Shown here one piece after another: positions 26,657 to 40,703 of a DNA stretch of 64,000 bases. Both the position numbers and the translations under genes were made by a program. Source of the DNA: Octopus vulgaris (lineage: Eukaryota); NCBI GenBank assembly GCA_951406725.2, contig OX597826.1, forward strand, positions 5,766,001 to 5,830,000, given 5' to 3'. The first letter of the stretch is position 1. Each line of letters starts with the position of its first letter. A model generated the notes under the pieces. It saw only the letters and a program-made list of their open reading frames with translations. It made no database searches and was not told the DNA's origin.

Positions 26657-28065
26657 AGCAACACAATACAACAAATCACAACGAAATAATTCGTAAATTC
26701 TTGTTAAAAAAGTAATTCCTTTATGCTTTCACAGTGGCAATACATAACAATTACATGTCAAAATACTACATTAAATTTATGGAGATAAAAAGAGAATTGA
26801 AGGATACGTTTTAGATTTAAATAAAATATAATGTTAGAGAGAGAGAAAAAATGGGAATAAAACAAAATATAATTCGGTGGTAATCATTTAATTTTGATTG
26901 AATTTTGCATATTGCAAGCAGGAAACAGTCGTAAATTTGTTCTTAAACAGTAGCAGCAAACCGTGTCTGTAGACATTCATACATACATATACGCACACAT
27001 ATACACACATATACAAATATGTAGTATGTGAGTATATGTGTATATATATACACATATGTATACATATATATACACAGCTATATACTATAAATGTTTATTT
27101 GTATGTACATACACATATGTATGAATTTATATATATATGGCACGTATATATTCTATGCGTGTATACGTGTGTGCGTGTGTCTATATGTGTGTATGCATGA
27201 TAGTGCGCGTGCAAGTGTGTATAGGTATTGTTTGCATGTGTGATATATATGTGTAAGACGCGTATGTACACACATATTTATTGTTCTGGCAAGAAGAATT
27301 AATATTATAATACATAATATAGTATAAATCTTATGAGTTAGATATATTCATAAAGGAGTAAAAATCAATATATATTACAAGGAATGTTTTTGAAAACCGA
27401 GTAAGAAAAGTACAGAACTATAATTTAAAGGATTTGGCGCAATACAGTATAATTATCTTACTAATTACAATGTAATTGTGTTAAAAGTTGAAACTTTCTG
27501 TTGGTGTATATTATTTTGTTTTAGTAAACATTTTTTAAATATAAATTTGAATGATGTGAAAATGTCGTCGGGAAATTTCGATTTAGATGCCGCAGTTTAG
27601 TCAATTGCTTTCATGATGTAAATGTAAGCCAGATAGCAATTAACTAGTAATTTTGTAAAGAACGTATGACAATGCTAGAAATTTTATTTCATTTTGTATA
27701 CTTTTGAAAAGATTCAAGCTAACGGGGAACAGGTAAAGGATCTGTGTCCTGTCTGCGACAGCGCCTCTTGTGTCGTTATTGTTGATTAACTCGTCATATA
27801 TTTTAACTGTACAATAAAACTCAAGTGCTAATGCCATCACGATTCGCAACGAACTATTGGAAACAAAGCTATATATCCTTTATGCTAAGCGAATGATACC
27901 TAAGTCAACCTGCAATCGGACATGATACGAACATAATCCATAATAATTTAGTATTAACATAGATATAGATTCTTCTTAATTTCCAGTATAATTTTAAAGA
28001 TGATATTGCATATTTCAGACAGCGAGAGTGCAGAATTGTCATCGTAGTAGACAAAACTCTTTTAG

Positions 28066-28215
28066 TTTCTGATTTAAAATTCCGCCTGGGTCGACATTGC
28101 CTTTCATCCTTTCGGACTCGATAAAACAAGTATCAATTGAAAACTGGGTCCAATGATTTTGACTTGGGACCTTCGCCGTAATTGCCGGCCTTGTGTGATA
28201 ATTTAAAAGCAATAT
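28066..28215 (+). mobile_element. SINE family A, degenerate alternative-tail copy
   Basis: aaattccgcctgggtcgacattgcctttcatcctttcggactcgataaa...aattgccggccttgtg. Confidence 0.75.
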
Positions 28216-28505
28216 TATATTGTTTAGGGATATATCTACTTAATTCTTTGGCGTTTATACATTCCTGAAGTTGAAATTGCAAACCATAAAATATAAATTT
28301 GTATATAAGATTGCATATGAAAAGTGAAATACAATAAAACAGTGACAAAATATAGCTCTATAAATGTGTAACTATAATATCAATCTATCAAGTATTATCC
28401 AATTTGAAATAACAAGTTAGAAAAGTGTGAGCTTTCAGGCTACAGAGGTAACGTTTTAAATATAAAGAGTGGCTGCTTTATTGTCGAAATCATACACAAT
28501 TATTC

Positions 28506-28537
<32 letters not shown>

Positions 28538-30631
28538 ATTTGTGTGTGTGAGGGGGTGCGTGTATGTGTCTTTGTGTATATGTATGTGTGTGTACCGTCT
28601 TGGCTAAATCATATTAGTTTGTTGACTCTGCCTGCGCGGCATATATGTCAAAGAAATAATCACCCTGCAAGATTTATCTCTAAATTGAAGTAAATCCCAT
28701 GCTAGTAGATGCACATTAAATTCTAATTTCTTTTCGACTCAGAATTACTAGATTGATTTCTTGCCAAAGTTGACGCATATTGAAAAATTAAGTGCAATTT
28801 TTAATCGATTTAAACTATTATTGATAAGAACATAGAAATAACGTTTGGATGAGACAAAGTGTCTGATTAGATTATAGAAATCATTTCAATTAACTTCACA
28901 TGTTTATGTAGATTCACAATATCAATGAGATTATTACGTCTGTTCTGTTGGTTTCTACTTCTACAGGCATAAACAATATTATAGTTAAAAGCAAGCTGTT
29001 TTAATGAGAGATTTAACTTCCCTCTATGTGTATCATCTTAGAGCACAAGTGGCCACATATTTTCTTTTTATATTATGTATAATATTTCAAGAATATGGAG
29101 CTGCTCATACATTTAGTACAGTTTCTATATGTATAATTGTTGATTAAATATGAACTCATGGTTAACATCAATAACATGAAATTACAGGAAACAGTTAGAA
29201 TATAATATCTTTGTAGCGGTGAATGATTAAACTGAGCAATTTGTATGCTTTGACTTTAAATAGAGATTGAATTGAGATAAAGTACCAATATCGTCATATT
29301 ACTTACAAAATGTTTAAACATATATCGGTGGTGGGGAACAGTAGATCTGTAAAAATATAAAAGTATTAAGTTGCAGTAAATGAATATAATACTGAATAAC
29401 TAGAGTAGTCGTATCAAATTCTATTTGAAATTTCCGTGCTACCTTTTGCTTTTCTTTCTGTTGTTACACCAATATACATTCTGCAATAAACTAGGTATGC
29501 AATTAGTAGTACGTTTGATCTACAATTTTGTATCTTTATTAGTTTCATTAAGAGCTAATGTAGAAATTGTAGATGCTTATCTGCACAACTGTAGATTCAA
29601 CACACCTTTATATAGTGCAGTGTTAGTTGGTTAAATAAATTAATTATAATTAGAGAAATACATTTTCCTTTCTATGTTAAAGACAAATAACAGTTATATA
29701 AAACTAGGTAAACATGGACGGAAGCATGTGACACATTTATTGGCATAAAAACAAAATATGATGTATTTGATCGCTTTCTGTTTAAAGAGCGGTGTATTTT
29801 AGTAGCTACAAAAGTGCCAATATATTCAGAAAAACAGTGTCAGTGAATGTACACGTTGAGGTGAATAGTGAACGAATAATGAATAAAGGGAGTGATTGAA
29901 ATAACTTTCAATATAAAGAGACTATTGGTACATTATTTGTAATGACATGGGAAATAAAGTTTTCATATTTTCGCTTTCTTATGTTTATAAAATTATCCTT
30001 TTAACTGCCGTTTTCCACGGTGTTATGAAACTGAAGAATGTGTGAATTCACACCAATAGAACAAGTTAATAACTATGTTGACGTTATATATGTCTAATGA
30101 GTTTAACACCTTTACTGTTCTAAAGAAAAAGCGTGAAACGTTTACTTTTATCCTCGGCTTCTATAATTTCTTGCTTCAAATTAAGGAAAGCAACTAGAAA
30201 ATTGCAAATAAAATAATTGCAAAATATTAATATATTTTTCTTAATTATATTTTCTTTATAAAATAGAAGTAATTTATCCATTCATATATTATGTTTTTTT
30301 TTTGGTTTTTCAAAAAATACGCTTCGTATAGAATTTTTTAAAACTGAATAATGGTTTCCTGCAAAATCTTTTCAAATAACTTTCAATTCATAATTTCTTT
30401 TGAGATTTCTTGATAAATAATTGAACTAAAATGTGATTATTATTTTTCATAGAATATTAAATATACATTGGAAGAATTTCATCTTACCTTACTGAAAAGT
30501 GAAAAATATTGGAAATGAAATGATGTAATGACAATTTCATTTCGAATTCTTCCATATTTTTTATTGACTATACGTGTAGGTGCGTGCGTATGTGAATGTA
30601 TATATACGTGTATATAATAGAATATAATAAA

Positions 30632-30669
<38 letters not shown>

Positions 30670-30720
30670 GATAGATGGATAGATAGAGAGAGATAAATAG
30701 ACAGACAGACAAACAGAGAG

Positions 30721-30791
<71 letters not shown>

Positions 30792-31549
30792 GTAAGAGTA
30801 AATGTTATGGTAACATTTTAAAGTATAGCATTTAAAATTAATTTCGAAAATAAATAGTTATAAATAAATGAATAAAGGTACGAGAACAAAATGCCTTTTA
30901 GAAAGAAAGAAAAGAATAATTTAGGATTATGGACGTAGTGTTTTATTTGGAATCTAATATAAGAAGTAATGCAAGGGAAAAAAATATTCATATATTTTTC
31001 TTTAGTGTACGCCATTTAAATAGGTGCACATTTGAGATAAGGTAACCACAAAATTCGATGACATTTAAATATCAACAAGGTGTTCTGAGTTATTCACATG
31101 GTTCATGATGCACCATATAATGTTGAGTACCGATGCATTATTTGAAATACTTAAAAGCAGAGGATCCTTGCTGTGAAATCGACGTAATGATGCATTTTCG
31201 AACCCCAACTAAAACCAAAATAATTTAGTTACAAACTTCTACTGATGTCATTGAAAATTTCGTGAATGTCGTCAATAATATTTTTTCTCCATAGTAACAA
31301 ATGTAATATATTCGAAATAGAAATTAATATTAGAGAATTCTTACAACTTCTCATCTCATGAAGAGAATAATTATCCGCTGAACAGGAATAAACCTCTTCC
31401 TTGATTGTGATTTCTAGAAGAAACCATTCGACTCTGCTGACGTTTTATAGTTTCTTCAGTTAATGCATGGCAGCCTGTATATTAAGGGTCTACCTATTTA
31501 AAAAAAACAACAACAAAATAAGCTGCAGAACTAAGTATAGGAAAAAAAA

Positions 31550-31778
31550 TATTTGTTTCTTTATTACCCACAAGGTGCTAAACATAGAGGGGACAAACAA
31601 GGACAGACAAACGAATTAAGTCGATTACATCGACTCCAGTGCGTTACTGGTACTCAATTTATCGACCCCGAAAGGATGAAAGGCATTGTCGACTGCAGTG
31701 GAATTTGAAATCAGAACGTAGCGAAATACGGCTACGCACTTCGCCCGGCGTGCTAACGTTTTTGCCAGCTCGCCGCCT
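31550..31778 (-). mobile_element. SINE family A, full length
   Basis: Complete element; perfect 14-bp TSD TATAGGAAAAAAAA (31536-31549, 31779-31792). Confidence 0.95.
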
Positions 31779-32351
31779 TATAGGAAAAAAAAGTATTGAT
31801 AAAGTATTTACTGCGTCTGTATGTTTATATATCTGCCTTTCATTTTACAGAATTATTCACACTTATCAGATGGCCGTAGTTAAATAAAATATTTTTACCC
31901 AACGTATTTGAGTTATGATACTATGAAACAATAATAAGATGTATTAATATGTAAAACACATGAAATTTAGAATTACTTGTTCTTGATTTTCACCATTTTT
32001 GTAATCATTACATTAATAATAGAAATAATTTTATTTATGCATGTCTTTTGAACACGGCTCTCGGCACAGAAGAATAAATTGTAATGTACTTCGTGTTTAA
32101 TGAGAATGAACAATAAATTTGTCTCTGTTCTTAGTATTGTGCAACGCCATCAATAATTATCGGTTGCTATTCGTATATTAACTTTATAAATTCTTACTTT
32201 ATCATTTACAATTCTAATAAGCTATATTCAAGTAAAATTCTCTTAATTATTTTACTTACACCGCCGTATTGCTCATATATGTTGAATTTCACCTTTATTA
32301 ATATTATGGTTCCTAAGTTTGCATTCCTTAAATTAAGTCTATAATGAACTC

Positions 32352-32629
32352 GTACCAGTTACCAGTTACGCACTGAGGTCGATGTAATCGACTTAATCTG
32401 TTTGTCTGTCCTTGTTTAGCCCTATGTGGGTAGTAAAGAAATAGGTATTTCGCCTGCCCTTACGTTCTGAGTACAAATTCCGTCGAGGTCGACTTTGCCT
32501 TTCATCCTATCGGTGTCGATAAATTAAGTACCAGTTACGCACTGGGGTCGATGTAATCGACTTAATCTCTTTGTCTGTCTTTTTTTGCCCCCTCTTTGTT
32601 TAGCCCCTTGTGTGCAATAAAGAAATAAG
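32352..32629 (+). mobile_element. SINE family A, head-less tandem dimer
   Basis: Partial unit, junction gtaaagaaataGGTATTTCGcctgcc at 32443/32444, then a ~186-bp unit ending aaagaaataag. Confidence 0.9.
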
Positions 32630-33072
32630 AAATTGTGATCTTTAAATAGAGAGGAAAATAGAAAACTGTGAGTGGGAGTGAAAGTTCCAACTGAAATATC
32701 AAAACCTCGCAAATAGCATTGATTTATAAATGTATACTTGGCAGTCTAAAAGAAAAGTTAAACCATTCATAGAAATACTTTGCCATAATGCTTCCGTCTC
32801 TATAAATCTGAGATGAAATGTCGACAAGATCAATTTACTTATATATACTTTCGGAATGGATAAAATATAGAACCAGTCAAATACTCGGGCCGACGGAAAC
32901 ATCTTGCCCCTCACTACATGAGGTTGCTGGCCCTGTGCCCGAAACTGGAAAACATTATTATTATCATTGTAATTTCCCTTCTTAGAGCTCTCGGTTTCAC
33001 TAATTCTGTAAGAGTGGATAATATGCTGTTGTTAACGTTCTCGCAGATAGTTCTTCCAAAATATTGTTCAAA

Positions 33073-33233
33073 TGAGTTCAAATTCCGCCGAGGTTGACTT
33101 TGCCTTTCATCCTTTCGGGGTCGATAAATTAAGTACCAGTTATGCACTGGCGTCGATATAATCGACTTAATTCGTTTGTCTGTCCTTGTTTGTCCTCTCT
33201 GTGTTACGCCCCTTGTGGGTAGTAAAGAAATAC
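33073..33233 (+). mobile_element. SINE family A, 5'-truncated
   Basis: Starts at tgagttcaaattcc; 10-bp TSD ATATTGTTCA (33061-33070, 33234-33243). Confidence 0.92.
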
Positions 33234-33946
33234 ATATTGTTCATGCATCGTTTAACTTTCCAGTTGCCCAGTCTTTGTTCTCCATCTTGTTTTTCAATTT
33301 TTTGTTTATGTGCCACATTCTCAATTGGTATTGTGTTGCTATTTCTAACAACAGTTATTATTATTACGGCACCTAGCCTGGAGAAACGTTAATTCGCCGA
33401 AAAATATGATAAGTACCATTTCGTCCGCTTTTTGTTTCTGTGTTCAACGTACCGCTGAGATCGATAAATTTTATACCACTTGAGAACTGGGGTGGATGTA
33501 ATGGGACTAGCCCCTTCCCAGCTATTTTATATATATTCCCTACTTATTTTTGTGTAATATATTACAATTGCAATAGCTACCAGGTCATTTTCATTACTGA
33601 TACGTTAACAAAAGCTATATCTCTTCTTGCAAGCAACCTGTCATTTTTACAGCTATCTCAATAGGAAAGAATGATTAATACGTGATCAACAATTGGTCGA
33701 TAAATTTATAATATATCTATGTTCACGCTGCATTAAGGGTGTCAATGCTTCGATCTTTGCTTTTCAATATTCAAATGTTTAGAAAATCTATATTTCTCAA
33801 TAAAATAAAATATATTTTGTTATATTTATTTTCATTCTCTTAGTCCTTTCTTTCCGAGTGCATTCCACCCTGTTATCTCGATTTTATAAATATTTACTCT
33901 CTTTTTCATATTTGCTCATATTTTCATTTTAATTTAGACATTATCT

Positions 33947-34105
33947 AGGCAGGGACGTGGGTGTATGTTAAGAAGATCTTTTTCCCAACAACATGGCTCC
34001 AGGTTCAGTCCCAGTACAGTGCGCCTTGAGCAAGTGTCATCTAGTTTAACCCAGGGCCTATTAAAGACTTGTGAATGGATATGGCTGATGGAAATTAAAG
34101 CCCGC

Positions 34106-34160
<55 letters not shown>

Positions 34161-34271
34161 CATATTGATATTCCTAATGTATATGAGTTTTACAGAAAAT
34201 TTCTTTGCCTTCTTTACAAATCAGGAGGAGGATTTTGTTTTTGGTATTTGTATATGTATGTGTATATATAA

Positions 34272-34364
<93 letters not shown>

Positions 34365-34551
34365 TGTGTCTTTGAGGACTGGTGTTTGCTTAAGTCCTCT
34401 CCTAATTTAGTGGTTCGGTAAAATGTGACGGGTAATATAATAAATACAAGGCTTATAAAACAGTAATTACTGGGATCGGCTTGTTCGACTAAACACCTGA
34501 AGGTGGTTTACTCCAGCATGGACAGAGACTAATGACTAAAACACTTAAAAG
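33947..34551 (+). mobile_element. SINE family B, old copy with expanded internal microsatellites
   Basis: Head ggttcagtccc...ccttgagcaagtgtc; (TC)n(TA)n...(TG)n; tail ctccagcatgg...aatgactaaaac. Confidence 0.75.
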
Positions 34552-35005
34552 ATGTTTTGGCTTATATATTTCATATCTTAAGTAATTCTATATGGCATAT
34601 GTTACATGAGAATCCAGTACAACCACACGTGACTGAAAGTGAACTGAGTGTACTATCGGAGCAGGTGACAGTGTTGATCGACCGTATTGGTTACTGCGCC
34701 AGTACGACGTGTGTTGGTTCGAGTAGTACAGAGGGCGTTTTATATGGACATAATAATTCTGCTATTGGTTATTTTAGATAACCACATCCAAATATTTTGA
34801 GGGTTAATACTATTTTACACCCGACGTGTATACGCACGCGTTATAACAGTATGCAAACATGAAATAATCACTACCGTCTGGGGGTGCGCAAGTGTCATGT
34901 TTCAGTGATCAGACTATGAAGCGACACATCCTTTTAGCAAAATAAAACGTTTCAATACACATTTTCCTCAATTTATCAACAATGCGATGTGGTATGAAGT
35001 TTATT

Positions 35006-35048
<43 letters not shown>

Positions 35049-35050
<2 letters not shown>

Positions 35051-35278
35051 TAAATGAGGGCGATATACAACAAAAAGATAGATCAATGCTGAATAATTGT
35101 TTCCTTATCAACACAACATGTGTATTTCGTCGCCCGTGTGGGTCTGATAAACTGTATCGAGGACAAGTACTGCTGATGAATTATAGACAAATATGTGAGT
35201 ATGATTACATATTGTGTTGATAAGGAAACAATTGTTCAGCATTGATCTATCTTTTTGTGGTATTTCGCTTCCCTTATG
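35049..35278. mobile_element. Fold-back element (~70-bp strong arms) next to (TA)n with hammerhead-like remnants
   Basis: acaaaaagatagatcaatgctgaataattgtttccttatcaacacaa is near-perfectly inverted at 35212-35258; CTGATGA at 35173-35179 (+) and GAAA on minus at 35125-35128. Confidence 0.85.
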
Positions 35279-35380
35279 TTGAAAGTAATGCTGTTTCTGC
35301 TGTGGAAAAATTTTCGGTGGCTATACCAGAAAAAGGAGCTTTTTCTAGCACTAGAGTTATCCATTTATCGTTAACTCTCT

Positions 35381-35436
<56 letters not shown>

Positions 35437-35533
35437 TTCAGCAAAATTAAGACTCAGATGAATATGGTACTTAAGTTAAAGGCAGCAGCATTTTTTATGG
35501 TATTTTCCATATAAATCAAATAGGGTGATTATA

Positions 35534-35730
35534 ATCAAAATAAACAACAAGGATATCAAAGGGAGTGTAGTACAATTGTTTCATGCTACTTCATTTTATT
35601 AAACACGATAAGTATTACATCAGATATTGCTCGGAATATTAAAAATGATGTAATACAGTGTTTAATAAAATGAAGTAGTATGAAACAATCATACTACACT
35701 ACCTTGGATATACTTGTTGCTTATTTGGAT
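35534..35730. mobile_element. Fold-back element (~85-bp arms) next to (TA)/(TG)n with hammerhead-like arms
   Basis: Arms gtttcatgctacttcattttattaaacac / gtgtttaataaaatgaagtagtatgaaac; minus strand of left arm reads CTGATGTA-ATAC...GCAT-GAAA-CAATTG-TA. Confidence 0.85.
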
Positions 35731-35757
35731 ATATATATGTATGTATATATGTATGTT

Positions 35758-35832
<75 letters not shown>

Positions 35833-35841
35833 ATCTCTTAT

Positions 35842-36028
35842 GGGTAGAATTCACAATAAACCAAAAGACGAAGTCATGTGATGTAGACAACAGACAGATG
35901 TATAAGTTTAACGCTCGGGAAGTGAAAATGTCTTTAACGTTTCGAGCCTACGCTCTTCCACAGGAAAGAATACAGAGGGAAACAGGGAGAGAAAATTACG
36001 AATGTGTAGTAGCTTACAGTTGCAAATA
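35842..36028 (-). mobile_element. Family C hammerhead-like element, single arm
   Basis: Minus strand CTTTc-CTGTGGAA-GAGCgtagGCTC-GAAA-CGT-T-AAAG (35932-35968); tail faces (TG)n. Confidence 0.8.
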
Positions 36029-36888
36029 AGTTGTTTACAACCAAAGGCCTATGCATTTGCGATCCATTCCAGAAATCATGTCTACTAAGGGTACATATAT
36101 TATATTGGAAAAATGCATTAATTTACTAATTACAAACAATTATGGTGGACATCGCTGCATTATGCGGTCTATACGTGTTAACGTTGTGATATAAGACGGA
36201 GCTTTATAGTCATTACTTAATGGAGATATTTAATCATATGGCAAATATATACTTCAATTGGGTGTATGTCTGTATACATACATACATACATACATACATA
36301 TACATAAACATATATATTTATATATATATATATATTTACAGTTGTAATATATGTGTGTGTGTGTGTAGTGCAGTAGATGTTTTGGTTTCAAAAGTGTTCG
36401 AATAACGGGATTCATTTAATTCTGATAATTACATATTAGAACATCTGGTTATTTCTATCACATTCTCACTCACCGAATCATATTCCAAAATTGTGTATTT
36501 ATGTTATTGATGTTGTTAATTCGCCAGCGTTATTGCTGGCGAATTAAGATATATTTTGTTAGGTCTACAGAGCTATAGTTTAGTTACACCCTGTAGGAGA
36601 GCTGCTTGTGATAGAGGTGAGTCGTTTTTAGAAGTTGAGAAACTTATCGCTTTAAATATATGGACACTGAAGATATACTTATGATGTATCGAACTGCAAA
36701 GGATCCCAATATATTATTCGCAAATATCTATAGGCCTCAGTATATTTGATAAATAGATGTAACGTTTTGATTCATAAGGGAAATGGTATAAATGGTGCAA
36801 TCTCAGGAATGGTCTAGTCCAAGGAAGAGTGATTGCAGTTTTACTTTTCATCATGCGTCGAAATGAAAATCAGGAAGTGATGAAACAC

Positions 36889-37218
36889 TTTTTTACTCTT
36901 TTACTTGTTTCAGTCATTTGACTGTTGCCATGCTGGATCACCGCCTTTAGTCGAGCAAATCGACCCCAGGACATATTCTTTGTAAGCCTAGTACTTATTC
37001 TATTGTCTCCTTATGCCGAACCGCTAATTTACGGGGACGTAAACACACCACCAACGGTTGTCAAACGATACATATACACAGACATACACATACATATATA
37101 CACATATACGACGGGCTTCTTTTCAGTTTCCGTCTACCAAATCCACTCAGAAGGATTAGGTCGGCCCGAGGCTATAGTAGAAGACATTTGCCCAAGGTGC
37201 AACGGAACCCGGACATTT
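36889..37218 (-). mobile_element. SINE family B, partly head-truncated
   Basis: ttttactcttttacttgtttcagtcatttgactg...tttccgtctaccaaatccactc...gcccaaggtgc. Confidence 0.9.
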
Positions 37219-38699
37219 TCATGCTGAAAGTTTGGATGCCATTACAGAAGATATATTTACTCAGTTGCAAAAAAAAATTAACAAAAAATTTCTGAAATAT
37301 ACAAACATCATTTCATGATAAGAATGATCTCTGTAATTATACACATTCGAGATCCTGAAATCAAAACGTCAAATACAAGTAACTTGGTTTGGAATTCTTC
37401 ATTGTTGTATTAAGTTCTTGATGACAACAGCGTGTATACTCGCAACAACATCTTCAGCAGTCTTGCAAGATACCTGCTACTCAACAGACGGAAGATCTAA
37501 CCGTGCAGAGATGATAGATCCAGACTTCTTCTCTGTCAAAAGATCACGTACTGCTTAAACCAAGAACGGACAGTTTCTAATAGAAGCGTGCATCTAACAA
37601 TTTCGAGGACGGTGTGTAAGTCGACACCATTGATCTCAGTTGTTGATTGGCACTGATGGTATTGACACAGGCTCTCCCTTCAAAATCACTGACCTGGTCC
37701 CTATATTAGAAATCGAACCATGACTATTCCATTATATGGTGCTCCTAGTTTCACACCAAAGTTGGCTCGTCCCTGTACTGGATTAACGTACTCGGTTGTG
37801 GAGCAGCAGATACCTTTTGGGTCTGCTAACAATGATCCCCCCCCCCCCACAAAAAAAACTCAATCTCGCTGTTGTCATCTGAATATGAAAATTTTGACAA
37901 ACGTTATGGTATCATAACTTGCAGTACAAATCTCTATAATTATCATAATTTTAACTGAAGTATTAAAATGAATATTACTCTGAAAATATCACCTATATTT
38001 CGTACTTTGTACGAGTACAGTGCATGCAAAATTTCGTGTCATGATGATAATTTTCAAACTTCAACACATATAACCTGTATTTTGTTGGTCCTTTTCTCTA
38101 GAAAATCATCTCGATCTATAGAGTGTTTACCTACTATATCAGTATTATGTAATCTTTTAACATTTGGCTATAATTCTGCGTTACAACCACAAATGGGAAC
38201 ATGTTGAATTTCTACGTCGCCATTCGTGTACGGAGGTATGCGGTTTGGCATCATATTTTTTTCCTGTTCTTGGTGGGATTCAAACTTAGAACTGGGTATA
38301 CGGCATCAAATTAGGGCCGGGAAAGACTCACATACGCCGATGATCTGTGATAATTTAATTGTACATTCACGTTAATGCATGAAACGATAATTTCAGAAAC
38401 AACGACACAAAAGATGATCTTCATCTCCTCCGAAGTAGCGAACCAAAGTGCATTTACTGGAAGCAATAGATTCAGTGGCGATGATAAATATTATACTTGC
38501 TCTAAAACAACATTTCTAGAATTCATTAGTTTCATGGAGAGGAAAACCGTAACGCAAACGGATTAATATCGCGTTACGACAATGAATAGGGGCTAAGAAA
38601 ATTGCTTATCATGTCAAGACGCAACTGCACTCGAATTTATAAATGGACAATAATGAAGTAAGTAAAACCCTGAAATTCTTCTATCATAAATGGACATAA

Positions 38700-39097
38700 T
38701 CTTTATATATAAAACAGAAGTTGTGTGTCTGTCTCCTACGATTTAGATTCCTAACTACTCCCACATTTGGCGGTGCAGTTTAACCAAAACCGGGTATCTT
38801 ATAGTTGTGATTCATATCGAGCCCTTCTGGGTATTAGCGCGCGTCTACAATGAGTCTACGATTTAAAAAAAAAATTACCATCATCTTTTTCCATTTTAAT
38901 GCATTTTTTCGCTATTATATAAGGGAAGTAACTCTCTAAAAATGTCTACGATGAGTCAACGATTTAAAAAAAAAATTACCATAATTTTTTTTCCATTTTT
39001 AATGCATTTTTTTGCTATTTTTTTGCTATAACTCTCTAAAAATGCTTATATAGTTATTTCCCTTACAAACCCGAGCAACGCCGGGCGATACTGCTAG
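38700..39097 (+). mobile_element. Complete non-autonomous Helitron (398 bp)
   Basis: A|TC 5' end (TCtttatatataaaa), subterminal hairpin cccgagcaacgccggg, CTAG|T 3' end, no TSD; internal ~100-bp tandem duplication (38844-39043). Confidence 0.9.
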
Positions 39098-39666
39098 TAT
39101 GAAATACAGTGTTTATTACTACGAACACATTATGTCATATTCTAGATAGAAAATTTACCCATCCGGTTGGAAATAAGCAGAGTTAACAGAATCGCTCCTC
39201 ATGTATGGGCTGTATAGAAGGATAATGTGAATTGTAAGACACTGATTAAATTATAGTAGATTATCATTAATATAGCGCTTTATTCCATGGCTGGATTTTC
39301 AAATTAATCTAGAAGCTAATATTTCAGGCAGACAAAATGGCTGCTATTACTTGATAGGATACGGTTTGCGGAATAGATATCAGATGACATATCCTGCAAT
39401 TAGTATCGACTAACTTATAGGATATATATATATATTATATATATACACACGTACGCGTGCTCACACACAGACACACACAAACACACATATATGATACGTG
39501 TATATATGATATACATATATAAAGAGATAGACAGTGCATATATAGGTATATATATATATATATATATACACATTTATATATACATAGTTACATATATATA
39601 TATATACGTATGCAAGTGTTATTTATGTTTAAATGTATGTATTATTAACACAAACACATACAAATA

Positions 39667-39697
<31 letters not shown>

Positions 39698-39706
39698 TTA
39701 TCGATA

Positions 39707-39761
<55 letters not shown>

Positions 39762-39914
39762 CGTATACGCACACACACACACATATATATTCATATATAT
39801 ATACGTATATACTAATATGCATGTGTGTTTGTATCTGCATATCTCTGATTTTGTGTTATTTCGTAAATATGAGCATGTCTGCGTGCCTGCGCGCCCCGTG
39901 TGTGTGTGTGTGTG

Positions 39915-39945
<31 letters not shown>

Positions 39946-40426
39946 ATGCGTGTGCATATGTGTGTGTGCGTATGCGAATACAAATGAACCTTAGGATTGA
40001 ATCTGTTCCGGCTAGTATCGTACTAACGATCCACTCCATTAGGACTTCCGTTAATTATGTTAAACCTTCCTACGAATGTCTACTTCCCTGCGTATCATAA
40101 ACTCGTTACACGGCTGCCCTTAACCACCCAATGCCTGCAATTAGATATCTCCAGGGAACAATCAGAATATTCTCGATGGACTTAATTCGCCTGATATTTT
40201 CAATGAAACATTGTAGTCTGTAATAAATTTGACATGTAACCTAATATTCTTGAGTTTAAATGAGACAACCAATAATAAAAGGCATTCAAGTTGAAATTGT
40301 AAAACATGGACTCAATGCAAACACATACAGACAATTACAAATGCATACACACACATATATACGCTCCTACTAATATATTATTTAACCCGATATATGTATA
40401 TATACATATATATTTACATCTATATT

Positions 40427-40459
<33 letters not shown>

Positions 40460-40476
40460 ATATAATTGTATAGATG

Positions 40477-40556
<80 letters not shown>

Positions 40557-40645
40557 GATATGTATATATATATATATATATATACATAGATATGTATATA
40601 TATATATATATATACACGTTCATTTTTACATCTATACAATTATAT

Positions 40646-40703
<58 letters not shown>

